Shown: in pieces, positions 28,684 through 38,371 of the stretch
Position numbering within the stretch: position 1 is the first letter of the stretch
Layout: each line of letters starts with the position of its first letter
Assembly (NCBI GenBank): GCA_040217195.1
Contig: JAVJNR010000008.1
Coordinates: 540,198-604,197 of the forward strand
Direction of reading: 5' to 3'
Source: Leptospiraceae bacterium
Lineage (GTDB): Bacteria > Spirochaetota > Leptospiria > Leptospirales > Leptonemataceae
DNA length: 64,000 nt
Notes under the pieces: generated by a model
Told to the model about the DNA's origin: nothing
The model's input: the letters and a program-made list of their open reading frames with translations, nothing else
Databases searched by the model: none
Program-made: the position numbers and the translations under genes

Positions 28684-30438
28684 ATGATTCAGGGATTCAG
28701 AAAATCGATCTATCTAAGTATGACTCTGGGGCTGCTTTTCAGCACCGCACTGATGGCTGAAGAGGAAGCTCTGAAGCGTCTGGAGCCCATTCGCACAGAT
28801 AGCCCCCGGGAAACCATGCAATCATTCATGGAGGCCATGAATGATTATAGGACAGGCAAAGACCAGGGGATCGCTGAAAAGGAAGCCCGAATTCAAGATG
28901 CACTTCGAACCCTGGACCTATCTGAAATTCCAGCTGTAACCAGAGAAGAAAAAGGACGGGAGGCGGCCATGCTTCTCAAGGAGGTAATGGACCGGGTCAT
29001 TGTTATAGATTATCAGAGAATCCCTGCAGAAACGGATGAGGAACCTCTGCCCACTCGTTGGAGACTGGCAGGCACCGAAATAATAATTGTTGAGCAGAAG
29101 GATGGCGAACGTGCCGGCGAATATTTGTTTAGCTCCAATACCATCCAGCGAAGTCGGGAATTCTATGAAAAAGTGAGGGACCTGCCCTATCTGGAAGGAT
29201 CCGGTGGTGGGGCCGCTTACAAGGATCCCTGGATGGACCAGTACATACCCTCCTGGGCGCAGAAGAAGGTTCTGGGTCTGCTTACCTGGCAATGGATGGG
29301 ACTGGCCATCGTAATTCTAATAGGTTTAATCATTCGCACGATCGTTAAATTCTCCGTGGGCAAACTTGTTATCCTTGTTTCCAAGAGTGAAACCAAGTGG
29401 GATGATAAACTAATCGATGCGCTTCGGGGCCCCACGGGCTTCGCAGTGGCTACCTTGTTCTGGTATTTTTCATTGAAGTACCTGAGGTTCGACGGAGGCG
29501 TACTTACTTTCTTTAACGTAATCATCCAGATGCTTTTTAGTGTTAACTTCATCTGGCTGGCCTATCGCCTCACTGGTGTGGCTACAGAGTACATGACTGC
29601 AATTGCATCCAAGACCGAGTCCACACTGGATGATCAGCTTGTCCCCCTTCTTTCGAGAACTCTTAAGATCTTTGTTGTTGTTTTTGGAGTGCTGGTCACG
29701 ATTCAGAATCTAGGAATAAATGTAATGTCGGTTCTGGCCGGTCTGGGTATTGGAGGTCTGGCCTTTGCTCTGGCTGCCAAGGATGCTGTGGCTAACTTCT
29801 TTGGATCACTGATGATTCTATTCGACAAACCGTTTCAGGCCGGAGAATGGATCAAGGTGGGTGAAGCAGAAGGTACGGTTGAAGAGATTGGATTTCGCTC
29901 CACCAGGATTCGGACTTTCTATAATTCATTGATCTCTATTCCGAACGCGGAGTTGATGAATGCTAAAATCGATAATATGGGTAGAAGGGAGTATCGCCGA
30001 CTGCTTCTGAAGCTGGGAGTCACATACGATACAGGTCCGGATAAACTGGAAGGATTTCTGGAAGGCATTAAAAATATTATCAAAGCCAACCCCCATACAA
30101 GAAAGGATTACTATCATGTTGTGTTTCATGAATACGGACCGGATAGCCTTGTTATCATGGTCTATGTATTCTTCAAGGTTCCGGACTGGTCAACAGAGCT
30201 TGTGGAGCGCCAGAACCTGATGCTGGAGATCTACCGCCTGGCGCAGTCCATGGGAGTGGAGTTTGCTTTTCCTACTCAGACATTGCATGTGGAGACATTT
30301 CCAGAAAAGAAGGCTTACCGAGTCTCCCAGGAAAAAGCCGTGGAAGACATAAAGAAGATTGCTGCCGAGTACGGACCCAACGGCCCTCAGGCCAGACCAG
30401 CCGGCCAGGGAATCTTCGTCCCTCCCCATACAGAATAA
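28684..30438 (+). CDS. mechanosensitive ion channel, MscS family, with a large N-terminal periplasmic/TM extension
   Basis: MscS core GIGGLAFALAAKDAVANFFGSLMILFDKPFQAGEWIKV..GTVEEIGFRSTRIRT. Signal peptide starts from ATG 28684. Confidence 0.85.
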   Translation: MIQGFRKSIYLSMTLGLLFSTALMAEEEALKRLEPIRTDSPRETMQSFMEAMNDYRTGKDQGIAEKEARIQDALRTLDLSEIPAVTREEKGREAAMLLKEVMDRVIVIDYQRIPAETDEEPLPTRWRLAGTEIIIVEQKDGERAGEYLFSSNTIQRSREFYEKVRDLPYLEGSGGGAAYKDPWMDQYIPSWAQKKVLGLLTWQWMGLAIVILIGLIIRTIVKFSVGKLVILVSKSETKWDDKLIDALRGPTGFAVATLFWYFSLKYLRFDGGVLTFFNVIIQMLFSVNFIWLAYRLTGVATEYMTAIASKTESTLDDQLVPLLSRTLKIFVVVFGVLVTIQNLGINVMSVLAGLGIGGLAFALAAKDAVANFFGSLMILFDKPFQAGEWIKVGEAEGTVEEIGFRSTRIRTFYNSLISIPNAELMNAKIDNMGRREYRRLLLKLGVTYDTGPDKLEGFLEGIKNIIKANPHTRKDYYHVVFHEYGPDSLVIMVYVFFKVPDWSTELVERQNLMLEIYRLAQSMGVEFAFPTQTLHVETFPEKKAYRVSQEKAVEDIKKIAAEYGPNGPQARPAGQGIFVPPHTE

Positions 30439-30439
30439 T

Positions 30440-30661
30440 ATGCGCTCCCTCCGTGTAACAGTGAAGCCCAACTGCAAGACCGTGGGAGTGGAGAAGACCT
30501 CGGAGGACCACTGGGTTGTGCGGGTTCGCGAGCCGGCCACGGAGGGAAAAGCAAATCGCGCAGTCATACTTGCAGTGGCCCGGGAGCTGGAAGTCCCTCC
30601 CTCCGCGGTGACCATCCATAGAGGTGAAAAGGGAAAGGAAAAGCAGCTAAGAATCATTTAG
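30440..30661 (+). CDS. DUF167 (YggU-like) small protein
   Basis: 73 aa from ATG 30440, 1 nt after the mscS stop. Pattern VKPN..V.....W.VRV.EPA.EGKAN.A....A.EL.V....V.I..G..G..K is typical of DUF167. Confidence 0.7.
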   Translation: MRSLRVTVKPNCKTVGVEKTSEDHWVVRVREPATEGKANRAVILAVARELEVPPSAVTIHRGEKGKEKQLRII

Positions 30662-30947
30662 CTAGCCCGGGCCACTAACAACGCCTCGGGCTTCGAGCCA
30701 CTAACTCCATTTTGCCTCGGATGATGGCCAGGTCTATTCCGCTCACTGTTCTGGCCCCGGTGCCCGTCCATTGGCTGCATTGCGTTTTTGGGATAATTCG
30801 GAGCGACTTTCGAAAGTTATTTCTCTGCCGGCATTGACTTTCTTAAGAAGTGCAATGCCTGTCCTGAATATCCATATCTGCTTTCAAATCTAAAACAATT
30901 GACAGTACAGCGGTTCCTTCGCTTCCTCTTAGAAGCAGGAGAACTAA

Positions 30948-33623
30948 ATGTCTATCAAAGATGCATCCCTAAAATCACTTAAGACTTCCGCCGGTGACGT
31001 AAAAATCCATAAACTGGACATTATTGAGAAAGAAGGACTGGGAAAACTGGATCAGCTTCCGTTCAGTATTCGCATCCTGCTGGAAACAGCTATTCGTAAT
31101 CTGGATGGTTATCGCGTTGAGGAAAAAGACATCCATTCCGTGGCTGCCTACGATGCTCATAAGCCCTCTTCTAAAGAGTTTCCTTATTTGCCCGGACGAG
31201 TCGTCCTGCAGGACTTCACCGGCGTTCCCTGCGTAGTAGACCTGGCCGCTCTGCGAAGCGCCATGGTACGTATGAAAGGAGATCCGTCCCGAATTAATCC
31301 ACAGGTTCGAGTGGACCTGGTCATCGACCACAGCATCCAGGTAGATTTCTTTGGTCAAAATGATGCACTGATAAAAAATATGGAGCGCGAATTTGAGCGC
31401 AATCAAGAAAGATACGAATTCCTGAAATGGGGTCAGCAGGCCTTCCAGAACTTTGGAGTGGTACCTCCAGGAGCCGGAATTGTTCACCAGGTAAACCTGG
31501 AATACCTTGCAGGCGTTGTTTTACAGAAAGATGGAGTTGCCTTTCCGGACAGTCTTGTGGGAACCGATTCGCACACCACCATGATTAATGGTCTGGGTGT
31601 GCTCGGCTGGGGCGTAGGAGGCATCGAAGCAGAAGCCGTAATGCTTGGTCAGCCAATGTACATGCTTCTGCCTCAAGTCGTTGGATTCAAATTAATAGGC
31701 CAGCTACCCGAAGGTGCCACGGCCACTGACCTGGTTCTTACAGTAACTCAGATGTTGCGCAAGAAGGGTGTGGTAGAGAAGTTCGTAGAGTTCTATGGCC
31801 CTGGACTGAGTTCCATGGGCCTGGCCGACCGGGCCACCATTGCCAACATGGCCCCGGAGTATGGAGCCACCACCGGCTTCTTCCCGGTGGATGCAGAGAC
31901 CCTGAATTATATGCTTCGCACCGGAAGAACTAAAGAGCAGGTAGACCTGGTAGAAGCCTACTACAAAGAACAGGGAATGTTTCGCACGGACAGCACGCCG
32001 GATCCAGTGTACTCAGATTCTCTGGAACTGGATCTTAGCACTGTGGAACCATCTCTGGCCGGACCCAAGCGTCCTCAAGATCGCATTGCCATGACATCTC
32101 TGAAAGGCAAATGGAACGAATTATTGAAATCCTCTGTTAAAGATGGTGGCTACGAACTGGACTCCAGTGCCATTGAGCAGAAAGGTCATATCAAGAATGG
32201 TTACGAAGCAGACATCGGACATGGAGATGTGGTCATAGCAGCCATCACATCATGTACGAACACATCCAATCCAAACGTTATGGTGGGCGCCGGGCTTCTG
32301 GCCAAGAATGCCGTTGAGAAAGGACTGGAAGTTAAACCATATGTAAAAACCTCTCTGGCTCCTGGATCTCGGGTTGTGACTGACTATCTGGATCGGTCCG
32401 GACTAACCGAGTATCTGGATAAGCTTGGTTTTCAAACCGTAGGGTACGGTTGCACCACCTGTATTGGAAATTCGGGCCCCATTCCAGACCCAGTTGTAGA
32501 TGCAATCAATGAAGGTAACCTGGTGGCTGCCAGCGTCCTGTCCGGTAACCGAAATTTTGAAGGCCGAATTTCCCCTCACGTTAAGGCTAACTTTCTGGCC
32601 AGTCCTCCTCTGGTTGTTGCCTATGCATTGGCCGGCACCATGGACATTGACCTTTCCAAAGATCCTATTGGAAAAGGTAAAGATGGTAACGATGTATTCC
32701 TGAAAGATATATGGCCTACCACGGACGATATTCACAAGACCGTGGCCTCCGCCATCGAACCTGAAATGTACACATCCAGGTACGGAAACGTCCGCGTAGT
32801 AAATGAAATGTGGAATGATATTCCAGTGGCTGAAGGTCAGATCTATGAATGGCAGGACAAGTCTACCTACATTCAAGAGCCCCCTTTCTTCATTGATATG
32901 CCTCTTGAAATACCACCGCTGAGCGACATCAAAGATGCAAAATGCCTGGTAAAAGTGGCCGATTCAGTAACCACGGATCATATCAGTCCAGCCGGAGCGA
33001 TCGCCAGAGACAGCGCCGCCGGACAATATCTCCAGGATAACGGCGTTGAAGTAAAGGAATTCAACTCCTATGGATCTCGCCGGGGTAATGACCGGGTAAT
33101 GACTCGGGGAACGTTTGCAAATATTCGTTTACGAAACCAGATTGCGCCGGGAACCGAAGGTGGAATTACCAGGCTGCTCCCCGAAGGTAAGCAGATGTCT
33201 ATCTACGATGCAAGCCTGGAGTATAAGAAACGAAATACTCCGCTCATTGTGCTTGCAGGGGCAGAATATGGCACAGGTTCATCCCGGGACTGGGCGGCCA
33301 AAGGAACCTTTTTGCTTGGCGTTCGCGCAGTGATCGCAACAAGCTTTGAAAGGATTCACCGATCCAATCTCGTAGGCATGGGTGTTCTACCTCTGGTCTT
33401 TCAGGAAGGCCAGAGCCATGAAAGCCTTGGACTAACCGGAGAAGAGACATTCGAGATTCTGGGCCTATCTGATGATTTGAAGCCCCGCCAGGAACTGACC
33501 GTCAAAGCAGACGACAAAGAATTCAAGGTAGTTTGCAGACTGGACAACCCGGTGGAAATAGATTATTACAAGAATGGCGGAATACTTCAAACGGTCCTTC
33601 GATCTTTTGTTAAGAATAGCTGA
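30948..33623 (+). CDS. acnA: aconitate hydratase A
   Basis: 891 aa. Fe-S ligand regions [23 protein letters not shown] and [10 protein letters not shown]. Swivel-domain [16 protein letters not shown]. Confidence 0.95.
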   Translation: MSIKDASLKSLKTSAGDVKIHKLDIIEKEGLGKLDQLPFSIRILLETAIRNLDGYRVEEKDIHSVAAYDAHKPSSKEFPYLPGRVVLQDFTGVPCVVDLAALRSAMVRMKGDPSRINPQVRVDLVIDHSIQVDFFGQNDALIKNMEREFERNQERYEFLKWGQQAFQNFGVVPPGAGIVHQVNLEYLAGVVLQKDGVAFPDSLVGTDSHTTMINGLGVLGWGVGGIEAEAVMLGQPMYMLLPQVVGFKLIGQLPEGATATDLVLTVTQMLRKKGVVEKFVEFYGPGLSSMGLADRATIANMAPEYGATTGFFPVDAETLNYMLRTGRTKEQVDLVEAYYKEQGMFRTDSTPDPVYSDSLELDLSTVEPSLAGPKRPQDRIAMTSLKGKWNELLKSSVKDGGYELDSSAIEQKGHIKNGYEADIGHGDVVIAAITSCTNTSNPNVMVGAGLLAKNAVEKGLEVKPYVKTSLAPGSRVVTDYLDRSGLTEYLDKLGFQTVGYGCTTCIGNSGPIPDPVVDAINEGNLVAASVLSGNRNFEGRISPHVKANFLASPPLVVAYALAGTMDIDLSKDPIGKGKDGNDVFLKDIWPTTDDIHKTVASAIEPEMYTSRYGNVRVVNEMWNDIPVAEGQIYEWQDKSTYIQEPPFFIDMPLEIPPLSDIKDAKCLVKVADSVTTDHISPAGAIARDSAAGQYLQDNGVEVKEFNSYGSRRGNDRVMTRGTFANIRLRNQIAPGTEGGITRLLPEGKQMSIYDASLEYKKRNTPLIVLAGAEYGTGSSRDWAAKGTFLLGVRAVIATSFERIHRSNLVGMGVLPLVFQEGQSHESLGLTGEETFEILGLSDDLKPRQELTVKADDKEFKVVCRLDNPVEIDYYKNGGILQTVLRSFVKNS

Positions 33624-33631
33624 TCACAAAG

Positions 33632-34015
33632 ATGCGCATGGGAAGGATAAAGATGCAAAGAAGGCTAAATCTGCTGCTCGGGTTAATACTCTTCGCAGCT
33701 GGCATTTCCTGTGGTGCAGAAGCCCATGAAAACCAGGAAAAGAGTATGAACGAGATCAAAACGATGATTGAGAATGGTGCGGCGATAATTGATGTGCGGT
33801 CTCCCATGGAGTATAATATGGGTCACTATCCTGAGGCTAAAAACATTCCCGTTACCGAACTTCAAAAAAGAGTCGATGAAGTTGGTCCAAAGGACCGGCC
33901 AGTTGTAGTCTATTGTGCTTCGGGAGGTAGAAGCGAAACAGCCCGCAACTTCCTGAAATCCATGGGCTATGAAACTGTAGTGAATGCCGGCGGACTATCC
34001 AGTATGCCGCGGTGA
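33632..34015 (+). CDS. exported single-domain rhodanese (sulfurtransferase)
   Basis: Signal/lipobox (LILFAAGISC). Rhodanese fold IIDVRSPMEY..GH. Active-site loop YCASGGRS. 8 nt after acnA. Confidence 0.8.
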   Translation: MRMGRIKMQRRLNLLLGLILFAAGISCGAEAHENQEKSMNEIKTMIENGAAIIDVRSPMEYNMGHYPEAKNIPVTELQKRVDEVGPKDRPVVVYCASGGRSETARNFLKSMGYETVVNAGGLSSMPR

Positions 34016-35541
34016 CAGTATTCGGAAAAAAATTCAGGGGAGTTTCCCTGATTCAAAAGGCCTGCCTGATCCTTATTGCAGGCCTTTTCCTTTATAGAGC
34101 GCCAGCCTACGCTCCGGATACAGAATTCATAATCGGTGGCTTCAGTAGCGATACGGCCATTCCAATTCTGATGGCCAACTCGGATTACTTCTCTCCTTTC
34201 AGTCTTTATTACTGGGGACAGGACCGGTTTGGCTCCTGGCCTTTTCTGGCATTTCGCGCCCTTGGAAATAACTGGGATTATTATTCTATTTATCTGGGAA
34301 TGTACATCTACCTCCACCTGGGCTTCATGTACTTCTTTCGAAATCGCAACCCATTGCTTCTTACACTGGTATTACTTCTCTTGCACTTCTGGCGACCTGT
34401 ATCCGGTTTCATTTTCGACATAGCCCAGCCTTATGGCTGGCAATTGGGTACCATCTTGTTCGCACTGGGGCTGACGGAAAGTCGCAGTCGAAAATGGCAT
34501 CCCTGGCTTTATTTCTTTTTATCCTTTCTTGGCATCTGGCTCAGTCCCTCCAGCGCGCTATATCTTCTGGGTTATCCTTTTTTGAAGGGAATCGCCCGAG
34601 AAGGTCCTTTGCTAAGGCGAGCCATGGACGGATTGAGGAAATGCCTTCCAGTGTTTCTCGCATACTGGGGCCATGGTCTGTTGAGACGCTATGTAGTTCA
34701 GTTCAATGGAAATGCCTTTTATCAGGAATACGAAACCCCGCTACGATGGAAACTGGAATACATAGGTACTGCCTGGAAGGCCGTTCTCAATGACGTTCTA
34801 GAAAATTGGGAACTGGCTATCTGGATTGTCTCTCTGGGATTCCTGCTTTCCGTGCTCTCAGTATTCAGCCTGAGAAACCGAAGCTTTAGTCTCCGGCGGC
34901 AGACAATGTCTGTGGCTTTACTCGCAGCTTCGGCGCTATTTCTACTATCAATCCTTCCTCTTAACTGGTTTACTTTGAATCAATTTGGTGCCAGATACCT
35001 GGCTCTACCTCGGTTCTTGATTCCAGTAGGATTGATTCTATTTCTATGGAATTTTCTGAAAGCAAGAGTGCCTGCCCTGCCCTGGTCAACTGGTCCACGG
35101 CCGGGCCCGAACCTGAGCGGCTTTGTTGCTTCATTGATTCTGTTGATTGTCCTGCTTCCCTCCATGCCCGAGCGCAAATTGTCTGAGCCGTTCGAGTACA
35201 GGCAGTCCATCGCAGCAGACCTGGAATCGAAGTATCCGGGGCTGCCACTTATCGGCAATTACTGGGAGACCTATGTTTATGCTGCTCTGCAACGTACCGC
35301 CAATATACCTCAACCAGGTCACGGACAGTATCAGAGAACCCCCTTTCTATTACCCGATGTTCTGGCCGGGCAGCAAATACTGGTAAATCATGAAGGACTT
35401 CCGGCTACGACGATAAAAAACGGTATTCCGTTAGGAGAATTTCGCTTCCGCGGACAAATCTATGTTCTAAAAGAAGAGAACGTATTGAATCGAAACCCAA
35501 GAATCTCGCTCTATGCAAAGAGCAGCGGCCAGAACAGATAA
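34012..35541 (+). CDS. hypothetical polytopic membrane protein (~10 TM plus a C-terminal soluble part)
   Basis: GTG start overlaps the rhodanese stop (GTGA). Many hydrophobic helices. No catalytic motif recognised. Confidence 0.5.
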   Translation: MTVFGKKFRGVSLIQKACLILIAGLFLYRAPAYAPDTEFIIGGFSSDTAIPILMANSDYFSPFSLYYWGQDRFGSWPFLAFRALGNNWDYYSIYLGMYIYLHLGFMYFFRNRNPLLLTLVLLLLHFWRPVSGFIFDIAQPYGWQLGTILFALGLTESRSRKWHPWLYFFLSFLGIWLSPSSALYLLGYPFLKGIAREGPLLRRAMDGLRKCLPVFLAYWGHGLLRRYVVQFNGNAFYQEYETPLRWKLEYIGTAWKAVLNDVLENWELAIWIVSLGFLLSVLSVFSLRNRSFSLRRQTMSVALLAASALFLLSILPLNWFTLNQFGARYLALPRFLIPVGLILFLWNFLKARVPALPWSTGPRPGPNLSGFVASLILLIVLLPSMPERKLSEPFEYRQSIAADLESKYPGLPLIGNYWETYVYAALQRTANIPQPGHGQYQRTPFLLPDVLAGQQILVNHEGLPATTIKNGIPLGEFRFRGQIYVLKEENVLNRNPRISLYAKSSGQNR

Positions 35542-35641
35542 CATCCATCCGCGAAACGAATATCTTCTATCTATTAAAACTGTCCGGCAGGGTTAAGTTA
35601 GCCTCCGAAAAATCGATATTTAAATTATCGGAGCGCCAGGA

Positions 35642-36010
35642 ATGAAAGCATCTCAAAACCAGATCGAATCAGCCAATACTAATCCAGGAGCAACCAGTGA
35701 ATTTCTGGCCCTTCTGGAAAGCGGAAATGAGCTACGCATTCGCCTGCGGGGACAGCTAAACCTGGACAATCATAGCAACCTGAGAGAGCTTTTGGAAGAG
35801 GTATTGAACCGCACCGAGCAACCGCTGATTATTCTGGATATGTCCGGTGTAAGCAGTATTGCATCCAGCGCCTTTGGTGCCCTTGTGGATTTCGCACGCA
35901 GGTCCTTCCTGAAACAGCGAACATTGATTCTAGACAACCTATCGCCGGATTGCGAACGAGTTCTGGATCTGCTCAGGCTGCGCCCTTTGTTTAACGTAAA
36001 TCAAAACTAA
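35642..36010 (+). CDS. STAS-domain anti-sigma-factor antagonist
   Basis: 122 aa. LILDMSGVSSIASSAFGALV matches the SpoIIAA/RsbV-type phosphorylatable loop. Confidence 0.75.
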   Translation: MKASQNQIESANTNPGATSEFLALLESGNELRIRLRGQLNLDNHSNLRELLEEVLNRTEQPLIILDMSGVSSIASSAFGALVDFARRSFLKQRTLILDNLSPDCERVLDLLRLRPLFNVNQN

Positions 36011-36097
36011 TAATAGCCCGGCAGAACTGCGAGTCCTGCCGGACCTTGAACGGAGACATGGCTCAGAAGCTCGGTCCTGCATTCGCCGGCTTTGAAC

Positions 36098-36955
36098 TCA
36101 GGCCGCTCTTTCTGCCTCCAGGGCAGGTTGAATACTGGCCTGTCCGGACTCTTTGCGGCGCGCCACTACCGCTTCGAAATATTCATCGTAATTTGGGAAG
36201 TTTGTGCCACAGACACGATCCCAGAAATTGAAATACAGGCTGAAGTTTCCATTAAAATGCGAATGATGCATATTATGATGGGTAGATGTGTTGATCCATT
36301 TCGTAATCCTGCCCTGAGTCCAGCCGGCGGGAAAGACTTCATAGCCAGAATGCCACCAGATATTCATGATCATCGCATAGCCTACGTGGACCAGGATAAT
36401 CACAGGATGCATGGGCACCAGAAATACAAACAAAGGCAGATAGATGGCTTCCAGAAACGCTTCGTATGCATTGAAAGCATACGCCGCAAAAGGACTTGGA
36501 TTCGTAGAGCGATGATGAGTGAGATGGATTAGCTTGAAGAATGGCTTTCTGTGAACCAGTCGATGCATCCAGTAAAACCAGGTTTCATGCCAGACCGTAA
36601 TCGCTGCAAGACTGAATATTGCATACTCCCAGCCAAAATCGGAAAACTCTTTATACACCTGGTTCCAGCCCGCCTTTCCCATCGTAATGCTAGCTATGGC
36701 TGTTCCCACAAAAACAAGCAGAGTGACGAAAGACCATCGAACCTCATGCCAGATCTTACTGGACTCCGGCCATTTCTGCTGGATTCGCGCTCCAATAAAA
36801 CGACGACTTCCCCAGACCCATACCACCAGAAAGACCAGCCCGGCCACAGGATAGTAACGCACTACATTCATAAACAGTTGAAAGATGGCCACCTCTGCGG
36901 TACAGCTCCAGGATAATTCACAATTCAATGGATCCATTCTATCCTCCCATTCCAT
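36098..36955 (-). CDS. fatty acid hydroxylase / sterol desaturase superfamily membrane di-iron enzyme
   Basis: Histidine boxes HRLVHRK, HLTHHRS and HHNMHH, spaced as in the FA_hydroxylase family. Four or more TM helices. Confidence 0.8.
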   Translation of the reverse strand: MEWEDRMDPLNCELSWSCTAEVAIFQLFMNVVRYYPVAGLVFLVVWVWGSRRFIGARIQQKWPESSKIWHEVRWSFVTLLVFVGTAIASITMGKAGWNQVYKEFSDFGWEYAIFSLAAITVWHETWFYWMHRLVHRKPFFKLIHLTHHRSTNPSPFAAYAFNAYEAFLEAIYLPLFVFLVPMHPVIILVHVGYAMIMNIWWHSGYEVFPAGWTQGRITKWINTSTHHNMHHSHFNGNFSLYFNFWDRVCGTNFPNYDEYFEAVVARRKESGQASIQPALEAERAA

Positions 36956-37101
36956 TTCTCTGGCAGCTGAAGGAGCAGAGCCTGCAGCCCGACCAGGAAT
37001 CAGTATGGAATCAGGATAGCATGGTCTTGCAGATCAGTCGTCCGGCGGTATAAATCCGGCGTAAAAATTGGGTCCAGATTTATACAATTGGTCTGCAACC
37101 G

Positions 37102-38205
37102 CTACAGGGAAGGTGGTTTCTTGCGATATTGACCGGGACTTATCCCTGTATGTCTCTGAAATGCATCGTTAAATGTGGATTTCGAATTGAAACCCACATC
37201 GTAGGCAATGGATAGAACGGTGCGCTCCTTCTCTTCCAGAAGCATTTTGCAGGCAGCCCTGACCCGGTACTGATTTACAAAACCGGAAAAGTTCTGATTC
37301 AAATGGTGGTTGATGTACTCCGAAAGTTGATGCATGGTTATGTCCAGACGAGAGGCCAGCTCTGGTAGAGAAAGGTCCTCCTCTTTGAAAGCCTGCTCCA
37401 TCTCCATAATTTTGCCCAGGCGACTTTCTAGATCCTTGACATCAATTCCTCCCAGCCTGGTCTTTTGGTAGCGGTTCTTTTCCTTTTCTCTCTGGTAAAC
37501 TACTTCCAGATCATGAAAGAACTGCGGATATCTTCTCTGAACAAAATAAACCATGGGCCCGTTTAATGCAATTATGGATATGGAGAGTCCCAGGTAACCC
37601 AGGTGACCACTTAATAAAGCCACAAGGGCCACGGATGATCCCAGTATGGTCAATCCTGGAAAAACCAGAGAAGCTCGTATAACTCCTTCCTTCTTGAGGC
37701 TATCCAGACTGATATCAGAGGACAGGTCGCGCACAGCCCATGCCATATAGAAAATATTATGGACCAGCCCCAGAGGAAAGATCCATACACCGGGCCCGGA
37801 TGGCTGCCCTCTATAAATGGCTTCAATTCGCGCCAGCTTCTCAGGTGTGCTTTCCAACAAGTTAGGAATCAATATCAGTGATACCAGAATTCCAGGAATA
37901 AAATGAAGTAGCAGTACCGACCAGGAAATTGGTCTTTGCGCCACCCTTTCCTCCAGGAAGGCTCGAATCATTGGCCCAATAAACATCAGGACCGGCATGG
38001 TAATCTCAAAGAATGGAGCCACCAGGTGCATTCGCATGGTCAGCAATAGCCAGGCTCGAATTAGGACCATGGCGAAACCAAGAAAGACAGCGGCCAATAA
38101 TATATTTCTGGACCTGATCTGAACTACAAACAGTTCCCCCAGAGAGAAGATTAATACCAGAAAGGCAAAAGCTGGAAGATAATCCAGGGGATGCAGTCCG
38201 CCCAT
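37102..38205 (-). CDS. membrane-embedded AraC-family transcriptional regulator
   Basis: About 220 aa of 6-7 TM helices, then a C-terminal AraC HTH (LSIAYDVGFNSKSTFNDAFQRHTGISPGQYR). ATG 38205; a TTG alternative lies at 38211. Confidence 0.8.
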   Translation of the reverse strand: MGGLHPLDYLPAFAFLVLIFSLGELFVVQIRSRNILLAAVFLGFAMVLIRAWLLLTMRMHLVAPFFEITMPVLMFIGPMIRAFLEERVAQRPISWSVLLLHFIPGILVSLILIPNLLESTPEKLARIEAIYRGQPSGPGVWIFPLGLVHNIFYMAWAVRDLSSDISLDSLKKEGVIRASLVFPGLTILGSSVALVALLSGHLGYLGLSISIIALNGPMVYFVQRRYPQFFHDLEVVYQREKEKNRYQKTRLGGIDVKDLESRLGKIMEMEQAFKEEDLSLPELASRLDITMHQLSEYINHHLNQNFSGFVNQYRVRAACKMLLEEKERTVLSIAYDVGFNSKSTFNDAFQRHTGISPGQYRKKPPSL

Positions 38206-38371
38206 GGGCAATTGCTAGAATATAGGCTTTATGAATCCAGCAGGATTTCATAATTCCTGCACCCGGGCTGTGGCTGCAGCTATCATTGTGCTGGACATCT
38301 GCTTATAGAAAGCATCCTATGATCAGGCTAATCGTCTATTAACCGGCCTACCATAGGCCAAAAGGCTACCG

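Noticed and set aside
36018-36042. Hairpin CCGGCAG-N11-CTGCCGG between the convergent STAS and hydroxylase genes, and the GGCCCGGGCC palindrome at ~51283.
   Set aside because: The stems are short and the loops poor. There is no proper U-tract, so they are not called as terminators.
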